A stretch of 11,793 nucleotides of DNA, taken from positions 1 through 11,793 of the forward strand of contig JBNKTL010000072.1 in NCBI GenBank assembly GCA_050298055.1, given 5' to 3'. Positions within the stretch are counted from its first letter, which is position 1. Each line of letters opens with the position of its first letter. The stretch comes from Spirochaetota bacterium. GTDB taxonomy: Bacteria > Spirochaetota > UBA4802 > UBA5550. Below are positions 1-7,391 of this stretch, one piece after another. The notes under the pieces were generated by a model, which did no database searches, was not told the DNA's origin, and was given only the letters and a program-made list of their open reading frames with translations. The position numbers and the translations under genes were made by a program.

Positions 1-3000
1 TCCGACTTTCTCCTCTTCGACCGGGACACCAGTGAGTGGATCATCGGGGAGACACTGGACGGGACCATACGGTTCAGGGTTTTCTCCACGGCCCCGCAGT
101 TTCGGGAGATCACCCGCTGGCTCCAGGGTGATTTCAACGGGGACGGGAGGACCGATATCGGCTTCTATTCAAAGACCGACAACAACTTCTGGATCGGCGA
201 GGCAACACCCTCGGGGTTCAGGTACAGGATATACAACAACCTCTCCTACGGCCCGGAACCGGACCGTGTCCTCAGGACGCCCCTTCCCCGGGACGAGGTG
301 AAGATCGAGGAGAGGAGCGGAGTCATATCAGGCAGATCAAAAACAGCCATCATAAAATACACATACGACGCCAATTACCACACCGGCAGGGGGGAGATCG
401 TCTTTCCCGGCGACTTTACCGGAAGCGTCGGACCGGAACTTCTCATCTACAAAAAGAAGGAGAACGCCCTCTATCATAAAACCGGGAACGCCGGCATCAC
501 GGGCCCCGTGATCACGGGTATCGACCTCCATTCGGAGAAGATCACCCTCCTCAACGGGGGAAAACCGGTAAAGTATAACGGACGGGATGCTGTTTTCTAC
601 AGGGAGAAGGAGACGGGGCTTTTCGGGGGGACCACCTACAGGTATTATATTGTCCGTTACGATTCTGTTTTTGAGAAGAAACTTATGGCCGCCCCGGACG
701 GGACAAACTTCAATCCCGGGGAGAGCCTCTCCGCCTTTGATGGCTTTGACGGGAGCGGGAAAAAGCTTATGGTGCTGGATGATACCAGTGCAGTGCCGGG
801 ATTTATCCTTCATGACGGAAACAGTACCCAGCCGTACACAATCGATGACAACGGCGGACTGGATTTTACCCTCATAAAAGACAACAGGAACAGGTACCGC
901 CTCTTCGCCGGACGCTTCACCGTCAGCGAACCGAATCCCGCGCAGGTCCTCATTGTTGACATGACCGGGCCAGAGCATAAGTGGTACCTGGGGAATATAT
1001 CGGGCACCGCCGTTTCATTTCATCAGTTGACCGGCAACCCGTCATTTGCAGCGGAAGGATACAGGGGGAACTACCATGTCCGGGCCGACGGGATTATCGT
1101 CTATCCCACACTGACAAATGCCCTCCGCTTCCATACAATTGAACTGGACGGCCTTTCCGGCTCCGAAAGCGTGGACCACTTCTCATTCAACTCCCTGGAC
1201 GCGGGAGTCACCTTCAACAACGAATACGACCACCTGGGAAATCCCGTGTTATATGACAACGGAGTTGTCAAAACTCTTAAACTTGAAACCCGGAACCCGG
1301 AACTTGTAACTTTAACCCCCGACGGCACAGCAATCTTCGAACATAAAATAAACCGTCCCGACTTCCTGGTGGATGAAAACTACACCCCCTTCCGCTGGAT
1401 ACAGGGTGACTACAACGGCGACGGGAAGACCGACATCGGGATCTTCCACCTCAAAGAGCCGGAGTGGTACTTTGCGGTAACACAGGGGACCGTCCCCGAC
1501 ATGGTCCACCGGGTGAGAAACGGCATCGGGGGGACCTACGAGTTTGAATACGAGAACTCCACCCGCTTCGACAATACCGGTGATGACGACATCCCCGACC
1601 TTCCCATGAACTACCGCGTCTGTACGAAGCTCACCATAGAGGACGGACAGGGAAACAGGGCCTATACGAAATATGAATACAGCGGCGGATACGCCTTTTC
1701 CGCCTTCATCAACGGGTACAAGGAGACCGACTATTTCGGCTTCAGCGAATTCAGGACAATCGACCCCTATGGGAGCCGGACCATCAGCCTCTACAACACA
1801 ACACCCTACGCCGACTTCAGGATGAACAGGGCCCTGGCGGGGGCGGTCAAAGAATCCCGGTTTACAGGCAGTGATAGGATTGAATATTCACGCACGGAGC
1901 ATGAGTATAAAATTCATGAAATAGTTACAAGTTCCAAGTTACAGGTTTCAAGTTTTCTGGTGGAGCCGGTTAAGGTTACCAGGTATATGAAGGGGGTTCT
2001 CACCGAGACCAGGGAGTCGGAGATAGTTTTGACGCAGGGTAAGTACGAGATGGAGAGCAAGACGGAGTCGGTGACGGACCATTACGGGGACGGGGTCCAT
2101 TCGGCGGTGACGGTCTCTTCATATTCTGAGTTTGAGAACATCGGGGTCACCAACGAGATGAGGCTGGTTTTAAAGCGGAACCTGTCAGGCACATCATACG
2201 AGACCACCTCCACCTATGAATACGACGGCAGGGGGAACCTCACCGGTGAGAGGACCTCCTCCACGGGAAGCAACCGGTATTCTGTGGCGGATCGGGTCAT
2301 GGAGTATGAATACGACGGATACGGGAACAGGATACGGAGCAGGAACAGGAGCGGGAGCCCGTCACGGGTCACCGAGACCTTCTATGACGGGGAGCTCTTC
2401 CAGTTCGTGAGAGAGGAGAGGAGCCGTCTTGACAGGGGATATCTCTCCACCACCTACGTCATCAACTACGGCACGGCCTTCGGGGCCCCGGAGCGGAAGA
2501 CCGGCCCCAACGGGAACAGCACATACTTTGAATACGACGGCTACGGCAGGCTCTCCCGGCAGAGGGGAGACACGGAGAGCGGGACCGAGACCTTCACGGA
2601 ATACAGCTACACGGAGACATTCCCTCTCAGCGGAAAGGTGACGCAGTTCACCGGGACCGGCGACCCCGCCATTGAGACCCGGATCTTCGCCGACGGCATG
2701 GGGAGGGCGATCCACAGCATAAGGAGCGGCCTGGATGAGCCGGGGAAACACTACACAAAGACAGGCCTCATAAAATATGACTCCCTGGGCCGTGTGATCA
2801 GCAAGAGTCAGACGTCCTGGGTCACCGACGACGAGATCGACCGTTTCGTCCCCAACTTTTTCGCGAAGCACCCCACCCTCACGGAATATGACGCTTCCGG
2901 AAGGGTGAAGAAGATAACCCTGCCCCGGGCAGAGGGGGAGGAGAGGGAGACCTCCATAAGCTACACCTACAACGATCCCTGGGAGACCATGGAGACCCAC

Positions 3001-5598
3001 AGCGTGGGGAGGAGTAAGAGGACAATTAAAAATGCCCGGGGACAGGTGCTCTATGTTTATGACCGGGGGACCGGTGATGACGGGACCACGGTGAGTGCGT
3101 CCATGGGGTTCGCGTATGATGTGGCGGGGAACCGGGTTAAGAAGATGGACTTGAATGGCGCGGGGATGAGTTTGGAAGTTTCAAGTTCCATGTTTCAAGT
3201 TGGGAGAAAAGACAGTTCGGGGAATAATGTTGCCTGCTGGGGATATGACGCTTTCGGGCAGCTGAGAGAGTCCAGCGATCCCGACCTGGGGTATACGGGG
3301 CTCGGGTATAATTCCTTCGGCGACGTTGTGTCGAGGCGTGACGCCCTGAACCGGATAACGAGAATGTCCTATGACAGGCTGGGGCGGATGACAGAGAAGG
3401 AGCTTCCCGGCAGAGAGGGACGGGTGAGGTACAGCTACGACAGCCTCCGGGGCAGCGACAACGCCCGGGGCCGGCTTGTTTCAATAGATGATTCCGCTCA
3501 AAGAAAGGAGTTTAGTTACGACAGGTTAGGGCGGATTAAATGGGAGAGAAGGGAGTTACAAGTTTCGAGTTCCAAGTTACATGGTGAAGAGTTTGTTACT
3601 GAATTTGAGTATGATCTCCTGAACCGGAAAAAGACCATCCGCTATCCGGAAGACCCGGTGAACCATATCTCCGTGACCGCCCGGTACGTCTATAACGGCA
3701 TGGGGATCAGCGGAGTGGCCGCCGATACGGGGCATACGATCACGGCGCTGGTGAGCGGTGTTGACTACAACGAGTTCGGCCAGATGACCGAGGTGAGAAG
3801 GGGGAACGGCACAACCACCGCTTACACCTACGACATCAAGGGGAGGCTCATGAACCTCCTGACCACCACAACGGCCAACGGGGTGACCCGGAACATTCAG
3901 AACGTTAACTACAACTTCAGGATCGACAACAGCATCGCCTCCTCGGAGAACAGCCCCGACCTTGACACCGACGGCGCCCACGCAAGCACAGTCCGCTACG
4001 AGTACAGCTACGACGGCCTCAACCGTCTTGTTGACGCACGGGGAAGCTACGAGAAGATCACCGCCGACGAGACGATCACCAAAGACTACCGCCGCGGCTT
4101 CGGTTATGCCGCAAACGGGAACCTTACCGAAAAGAGGATCTACAATCCCGCCACGGGTACCGTACAGGACCGCTGGACATACGGCTACGCAAACCACGCC
4201 GTCACCGGAATCGACACAACAAAACATGGTTCCGGCCGTTTCACAATGCGCTACGACGCAGCGGGGAACATGATTTACCAGGAGGATGATGAGAAAGATA
4301 GACGTAAGGAGATGGTTTATGACTCCTATAACAGGATCAAAGAGGTTACTAACCCGGACAAGAGAAGAGACAATGTTGTGGGGCAGTACTGGTATGATGA
4401 CCAGGGGTTTAGGGTTCGGAAGATAGCCAGAGCCCCCCAGCCCCCAGGGGGGGCGCAAGATGATGTGACCGTGGAGGTGCTCTATCCCTCAATGTATTTT
4501 GGGCTGGAAAGGCAGCTTAATCATGGCGGTCATGTTATTAACAATACTACCTATGCTGTGAACAATGTTTATCTTAACGGAGTAAGAATTGCGGCGGTGC
4601 TCCCCAACGGACATGCCAGATATTATTTGACAGACCAGGTTGACTCTGTAAAGGTTGTTGTGGATGACAGTGGTCTCCCAATTACAAGATTCGAGTATTT
4701 GCCCTATGGGGAGACTTGGTTCAGTGAAGAAAAGACGGGTCTTGAAGAGGAACATAATCCCAAGTTTAATTCACAGGAGTTAGATAAGGAGACAGGGTAT
4801 TATTTCTACAACGCAAGGCATTATGACCCGGAGATCGGGCGGTTTGTGACGGCGGACAATGTGATTGATGGGGAGTTGGATACTCAGGGGTGGAACAGGT
4901 TTTCTTACACTAAAGGGAATCCAATAATATACAAAGACCCTACAGGGCATTTTGGTGATCTCTCTACACATATAAAAAATATTATTGATTTTGTACAAGG
5001 AAATGAGGGTACGGTTGGAGGAAAAGTTAGAGAGTATTTAAGTGGTACTAGAAATAAGGAAAATAATGATACGAATAATAAAAAGCAGGCTATTGAACTA
5101 CAGAAAGCAAAAGGGAAAAGCAATTCAATCTCTTCATCTGAATTAAGTAAAAAGAGAATAAAACAATCAGACCCAAAAATAAATATTAATGATAAAGAAA
5201 TGGGGAAGAGAGGTTGTTATTTTCGAACTATCCAATCAAAAGCAGAAGAATATGTAGGTAAAAATCTAACAGCTGACCAGATTAATGCTGCTAAAAAGAA
5301 ATTACAATCTGGAAAAAATCCTCCAGTAAATAAACGAATGAGAGTAAAAAATCCAGAAGCAGTAATTAATGATGCATTTAATAGACTAGGGAAAACTAAA
5401 GTTACAGGTACTGTTGGGTGGGGTGGTAAAAAAGGACAGAAGCCAACATCAACAATTATTCGAGGTAAAACAAAAGTTGGTGAACATTTTAAATCAGCTG
5501 ATTCAAAAGGAAACGTTATATGGGATCCCGGTGGAAATATACAGACAACAAATGATGAAACAATTCCAGTATTTATACATGATAATGAAAAAAAATAA
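1..5598 (+). CDS. Large Rhs/YD-repeat polymorphic toxin, Tc toxin B-C fusion-like (FG-GAP/VCBS repeats, TcdB middle-like region, YD repeats, Rhs core, variable C-terminal toxin); 5'-partial
   Basis: Frame 1 is open from base 1 (SDFLLFDRDTSEWIIGE...WLQGDFNGDGRTDIGFY), so the GTG at 298 is not the true start. A second FG-GAP-like repeat WIQGDYNGDGKTDIGIF lies at ~1396-1446. TcdB-midN-like motifs PDMVHRVRNGIGGTYEFEYENST and YEYSGG..E..YFGF follow. There are many YD repeats (YEYDGRGN, YEYDGYGN, YDRLGR, YDAAGN) and an Rhs core ELDKETGYYFYNARHYDPEIGRF...NPIIYKDPTGH (DPTG at 4936-4947). Confidence 0.93.
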   Translation, partial: SDFLLFDRDTSEWIIGETLDGTIRFRVFSTAPQFREITRWLQGDFNGDGRTDIGFYSKTDNNFWIGEATPSGFRYRIYNNLSYGPEPDRVLRTPLPRDEVKIEERSGVISGRSKTAIIKYTYDANYHTGRGEIVFPGDFTGSVGPELLIYKKKENALYHKTGNAGITGPVITGIDLHSEKITLLNGGKPVKYNGRDAVFYREKETGLFGGTTYRYYIVRYDSVFEKKLMAAPDGTNFNPGESLSAFDGFDGSGKKLMVLDDTSAVPGFILHDGNSTQPYTIDDNGGLDFTLIKDNRNRYRLFAGRFTVSEPNPAQVLIVDMTGPEHKWYLGNISGTAVSFHQLTGNPSFAAEGYRGNYHVRADGIIVYPTLTNALRFHTIELDGLSGSESVDHFSFNSLDAGVTFNNEYDHLGNPVLYDNGVVKTLKLETRNPELVTLTPDGTAIFEHKINRPDFLVDENYTPFRWIQGDYNGDGKTDIGIFHLKEPEWYFAVTQGTVPDMVHRVRNGIGGTYEFEYENSTRFDNTGDDDIPDLPMNYRVCTKLTIEDGQGNRAYTKYEYSGGYAFSAFINGYKETDYFGFSEFRTIDPYGSRTISLYNTTPYADFRMNRALAGAVKESRFTGSDRIEYSRTEHEYKIHEIVTSSKLQVSSFLVEPVKVTRYMKGVLTETRESEIVLTQGKYEMESKTESVTDHYGDGVHSAVTVSSYSEFENIGVTNEMRLVLKRNLSGTSYETTSTYEYDGRGNLTGERTSSTGSNRYSVADRVMEYEYDGYGNRIRSRNRSGSPSRVTETFYDGELFQFVREERSRLDRGYLSTTYVINYGTAFGAPERKTGPNGNSTYFEYDGYGRLSRQRGDTESGTETFTEYSYTETFPLSGKVTQFTGTGDPAIETRIFADGMGRAIHSIRSGLDEPGKHYTKTGLIKYDSLGRVISKSQTSWVTDDEIDRFVPNFFAKHPTLTEYDASGRVKKITLPRAEGEERETSISYTYNDPWETMETHSVGRSKRTIKNARGQVLYVYDRGTGDDGTTVSASMGFAYDVAGNRVKKMDLNGAGMSLEVSSSMFQVGRKDSSGNNVACWGYDAFGQLRESSDPDLGYTGLGYNSFGDVVSRRDALNRITRMSYDRLGRMTEKELPGREGRVRYSYDSLRGSDNARGRLVSIDDSAQRKEFSYDRLGRIKWERRELQVSSSKLHGEEFVTEFEYDLLNRKKTIRYPEDPVNHISVTARYVYNGMGISGVAADTGHTITALVSGVDYNEFGQMTEVRRGNGTTTAYTYDIKGRLMNLLTTTTANGVTRNIQNVNYNFRIDNSIASSENSPDLDTDGAHASTVRYEYSYDGLNRLVDARGSYEKITADETITKDYRRGFGYAANGNLTEKRIYNPATGTVQDRWTYGYANHAVTGIDTTKHGSGRFTMRYDAAGNMIYQEDDEKDRRKEMVYDSYNRIKEVTNPDKRRDNVVGQYWYDDQGFRVRKIARAPQPPGGAQDDVTVEVLYPSMYFGLERQLNHGGHVINNTTYAVNNVYLNGVRIAAVLPNGHARYYLTDQVDSVKVVVDDSGLPITRFEYLPYGETWFSEEKTGLEEEHNPKFNSQELDKETGYYFYNARHYDPEIGRFVTADNVIDGELDTQGWNRFSYTKGNPIIYKDPTGHFGDLSTHIKNIIDFVQGNEGTVGGKVREYLSGTRNKENNDTNNKKQAIELQKAKGKSNSISSSELSKKRIKQSDPKININDKEMGKRGCYFRTIQSKAEEYVGKNLTADQINAAKKKLQSGKNPPVNKRMRVKNPEAVINDAFNRLGKTKVTGTVGWGGKKGQKPTSTIIRGKTKVGEHFKSADSKGNVIWDPGGNIQTTNDETIPVFIHDNEKK
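1280..1314 (-). repeat. Intragenic degenerate heptamer array (reverse orientation)
   Basis: AACTTGA AACCCGG AACCCGG AACTTGT AACTTTA; reverse complement of the NCRRGTT unit seen at 1920-1954, 3174-3201 and 3551-3585. Confidence 0.7.
1920..1954 (+). repeat. Intragenic degenerate heptamer array
   Basis: AATAGTT ACAAGTT CCAAGTT ACAGGTT TCAAGTT. Confidence 0.75.
3174..3201 (+). repeat. Intragenic degenerate heptamer array
   Basis: GGAAGTT TCAAGTT CCATGTT TCAAGTT. Confidence 0.7.
3551..3585 (+). repeat. Intragenic degenerate heptamer array
   Basis: GGGAGTT ACAAGTT TCGAGTT CCAAGTT ACATGGT. Confidence 0.7.
4948..5598 (+). other. Variable C-terminal toxin domain (~216 aa) of the Rhs protein, papain-like (peptidase C39/DUF261-like) fold predicted
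   Basis: Begins after DPTG and has lower GC. Motifs: KQSDP...GKRGCYFRT (Cys codon 5215-5217), GEHF (His 5485-5487) and VIWDPG (Asp 5524-5526), in the Q...C...H...D order of C39-like cysteine peptidases. Confidence 0.6.
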
Positions 5599-5617
5599 CA
5601 GTTAAGGATTGATGTTG

Positions 5618-6295
5618 ATGAAGAGAAATATATTTCTGTTATATTTAATATTATGCTACATATATCCAAATAGTATTGAGGCAGAAAATAAATTAGGTTT
5701 AACTGTTGAAATTTATAAAAAATTATGTGGCGTATGGTATTTGAGAAATACATATGACACAGAATCTGAATACTCATGGGGTAAAGCTAAAGAAGTAAAT
5801 AATGGATCAATAATTATTGATTTAGGAGCAGATTCACCTTTTTTTTCTGCTGGTCCAATGGGTGATTCTGTAATTAATAGGATTTATAAAAAAAATAATG
5901 ATGTTTATATAATAAATATTCTATTTAGAAATAATAAAAATTATAGTTTAAAGGTTTCAATTATTGATGACAATACGATTATATTTCATGAAATGAAATG
6001 GTTTAAAGAAATTCCATTATTGTTAAAAGATTATGGGGAGAAGAAAAAATATTTTAAAATAAGCGGACCTTCTGAAAAATATTATAAACCAAAAATACCA
6101 AATCTTCGTATTAGGTCGAAACCTACTTTGAAAGGCATAGCGTTTCGTTTGTTGAATAAAAGTGAAAAATTATTTTTTTTATCAAAAGGCAATAAAGAAA
6201 AAATTGGAAATGCAAATGGAAATTGGATAAAAGTCTTAACTGAGAAAAATGAAATAGGTTGGTGTTTCGATTACTATCTTGAAAGACTTAAGTAG
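5618..6295 (+). CDS. Putative cognate immunity protein: exported protein with C-terminal bacterial SH3 (SH3b) domain
   Basis: Directly follows the toxin stop and is very AT-rich. The N-terminus MKRNIFLLYLILCYIYPNSIEA looks like a Sec signal peptide. The C-terminus NLRIRSKPTLKG..L.K.EKL..GNWIKVLTEKNEIGWCFDYYL is a typical SH3b pattern. AAGGA at 5604-5608 favours ATG 5618 (5609 TTG and 5612 ATG are alternatives). Confidence 0.8.
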   Translation: MKRNIFLLYLILCYIYPNSIEAENKLGLTVEIYKKLCGVWYLRNTYDTESEYSWGKAKEVNNGSIIIDLGADSPFFSAGPMGDSVINRIYKKNNDVYIINILFRNNKNYSLKVSIIDDNTIIFHEMKWFKEIPLLLKDYGEKKKYFKISGPSEKYYKPKIPNLRIRSKPTLKGIAFRLLNKSEKLFFLSKGNKEKIGNANGNWIKVLTEKNEIGWCFDYYLERLK

Positions 6296-6348
6296 ATTTA
6301 TTTCCAGCCCTGGCCACTTTCGATAAAAATAAAATAGATTTCTGAAAA

Positions 6349-6364
6349 TAGCAGATATCTGCTA
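6349..6364. repeat. Perfect 16-bp palindrome TAGCAGATATCTGCTA
   Basis: The sequence equals its own reverse complement and lies where the AT-rich toxin/immunity cassette ends. Confidence 0.8.
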
Positions 6365-6410
6365 AATTACCCGTTCAGGCCGGTAGAAAAAAAGTCCCCA
6401 CAACAAGCCA

Positions 6411-6663
6411 GGCGACTTCCGCGGATTTTTTTGGCCGGAGCGTTGCCGGCGTTACCCTGCTGATGAAGGTTTTATAACACCATAAAAGTATGGGAACACG
6501 AAAAATTTAATTCCACAGGGCAACGCGGAGGCCAAGCCCCTTTCCCTTATTGAGCGTCCCCCAACTTAAACGCCCTACCTAATTAATTGGGAGAGGGATA
6601 AGCCGAGGGGGTTTGGGGGAGCGGCTAAGGGAGAGGGGCGGAAAAAATTCCGTGGAAGTCGCC
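6411..6663 (+). repeat. Nested inverted repeats forming a three-way junction (structured RNA or ssDNA element)
   Basis: Outer stem 6411-6430/6644-6663 (GGCGACTTCCGCGGATTTTT / AAAATTCCGTGGAAGTCGCC). Arm 1: TTGGCC 6431-6436/GGCCAA 6530-6535 and GCGTTGCC 6440-6447/GGCAACGC 6519-6526. Arm 2: GCCCCTTTCCCTTA 6536-6549/TAAGGGAGAGGGGC 6626-6639 and TCCCCCAA 6557-6564/TTGGGGGA 6613-6620. Confidence 0.85.
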
Positions 6664-6713
6664 GGGATGCGGGGGGAGAGGTTTTTTTGTTGGTGTTGAG
6701 TTTTTGCGGGGAG

Positions 6714-7073
6714 TTATTTTTTCTTTGGTTTGTTCTTTTCCCTTACCTTATTCTTCTCCACTAACGCATTGATGAAATGAAATATTGCGTTCTGGTCCCT
6801 GGTTGGAAGTTCCTCAATGACCCTCACTTTCTTTAAAATTTTGTATGAGACATCATCTGACTTTTTCTTTCCTGGAGATTTTGCTATTCCGAGCAGTTCT
6901 TCATCGGAAACATCAAGAGCATGAGAGAGTTTTTTCACTTTATCAAGGGATGGTCTCTTGACATGATTTTCATAATACTCAATGACTCTTTGTGTGACAC
7001 CGGCAATGTTTGCTAACTGTGTCTGGGTGTAGCCCTTCTTTTTTCGTATTTGCTTTAAATTTGTGCCGAACAT
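6714..7073 (-). CDS. XRE-family helix-turn-helix transcriptional regulator (119 aa)
   Basis: MFGTNLKQIRKKKGYTQTQLANIAGVTQRVIEYYENHVKRPSLDKVKKLSHALDVSDEELLG is a classic Cro/C1 HTH_3 pattern. The ATG at 7073 has an AAGGA RBS 8 nt upstream. The longer track start (7181) overlaps the promoter region. Confidence 0.9.
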   Translation of the reverse strand: MFGTNLKQIRKKKGYTQTQLANIAGVTQRVIEYYENHVKRPSLDKVKKLSHALDVSDEELLGIAKSPGKKKSDDVSYKILKKVRVIEELPTRDQNAIFHFINALVEKNKVREKNKPKKK

Positions 7074-7146
7074 TTCATATTCCTTTTTCATAAAATATTT
7101 ATACCATGAATATTTCAACTTTTTTGAAAATTCAGGTAAAAAGATG

Positions 7147-7176
7147 TTGACAGTACACGAATACGTGTAATATTTT
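7147..7176 (+). promoter_or_regulatory. Putative sigma70 promoter for the primase-helicase/recombinase operon with an embedded palindromic operator
   Basis: Perfect -35 TTGACA (7147-7152) and -10-like TATTTT (7171-7176, 18-nt spacer) or TAATAT (7168-7173). The spacer holds the inverted repeat TACACG-AATA-CGTGTA (7154-7169). Confidence 0.65.
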
Positions 7177-7256
7177 AACATTATATTTTGTGTAAAAATG
7201 TTCTTGATTCAAATGAATTTTCCTTGACGCGTTTTCAGACCGGGGCGGTTTTCACG

Positions 7257-7292
7257 AAAAAAGCCCCGATTCTTTTAAAATCGAGGCTTTTT
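7257..7292. terminator. Intrinsic terminator-like hairpin, potentially bidirectional
   Basis: AAAAAAGCCCCGATT-CTTTTAA-AATCGAGGCTTTTT; GC stem flanked by an A-run on the left and a T-run on the right. Confidence 0.7.
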
Positions 7293-7360
7293 GAGGCAAT
7301 CCCGAAGGAGAGCCGAATTAACTTGGTAACTTAATTCTTACCCTCTCCTTCGAGATTGTC
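7257..7360 (-). ncRNA. Candidate ~100-nt antisense RNA opposite the leader of the replication gene
   Basis: Two adjacent hairpins (7258-7292; 7297-7312/7343-7358 with inner GAATTAA/TTAATTC). Each stem's internal mismatch is C-A on + and therefore G-U on the minus strand. The minus strand ends in a U6 tract. No convincing minus-strand promoter was found. Confidence 0.4.
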
Positions 7361-7391
7361 AATTAATTTTTTGATAAAAAGGAGATCCCCC

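Noticed and set aside
298..300. GTG start of the 1766-aa ORF
   Set aside because: The same frame is open from base 1 and encodes an FG-GAP-like repeat, so the gene starts upstream of the window.
32..5777. Numerous alternative-frame and antisense ORFs overlapping the Rhs gene (e.g. 32-301, 337-978, 2362-3000, 3577-4458, 5217-5777)
   Set aside because: They are shadows of a strongly supported gene and show no recognisable motifs.
6296..6713. Small toxin gene, tRNA or IS/MITE in the intergenic region
   Set aside because: No ORF of convincing length or motif, no tRNA T-loop/anticodon pattern, and no target-site duplication or transposase seen.
7074..7181. Extended 155-aa version of the XRE ORF
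   Set aside because: The extension runs through the promoter/operator region, and the HTH domain and an RBS fit the ATG at 7073.
7356..7391. TTG start for the 768-aa ORF
   Set aside because: It lies inside the leader hairpin with no RBS, whereas ATG 7392 has a well-spaced AGGAG.
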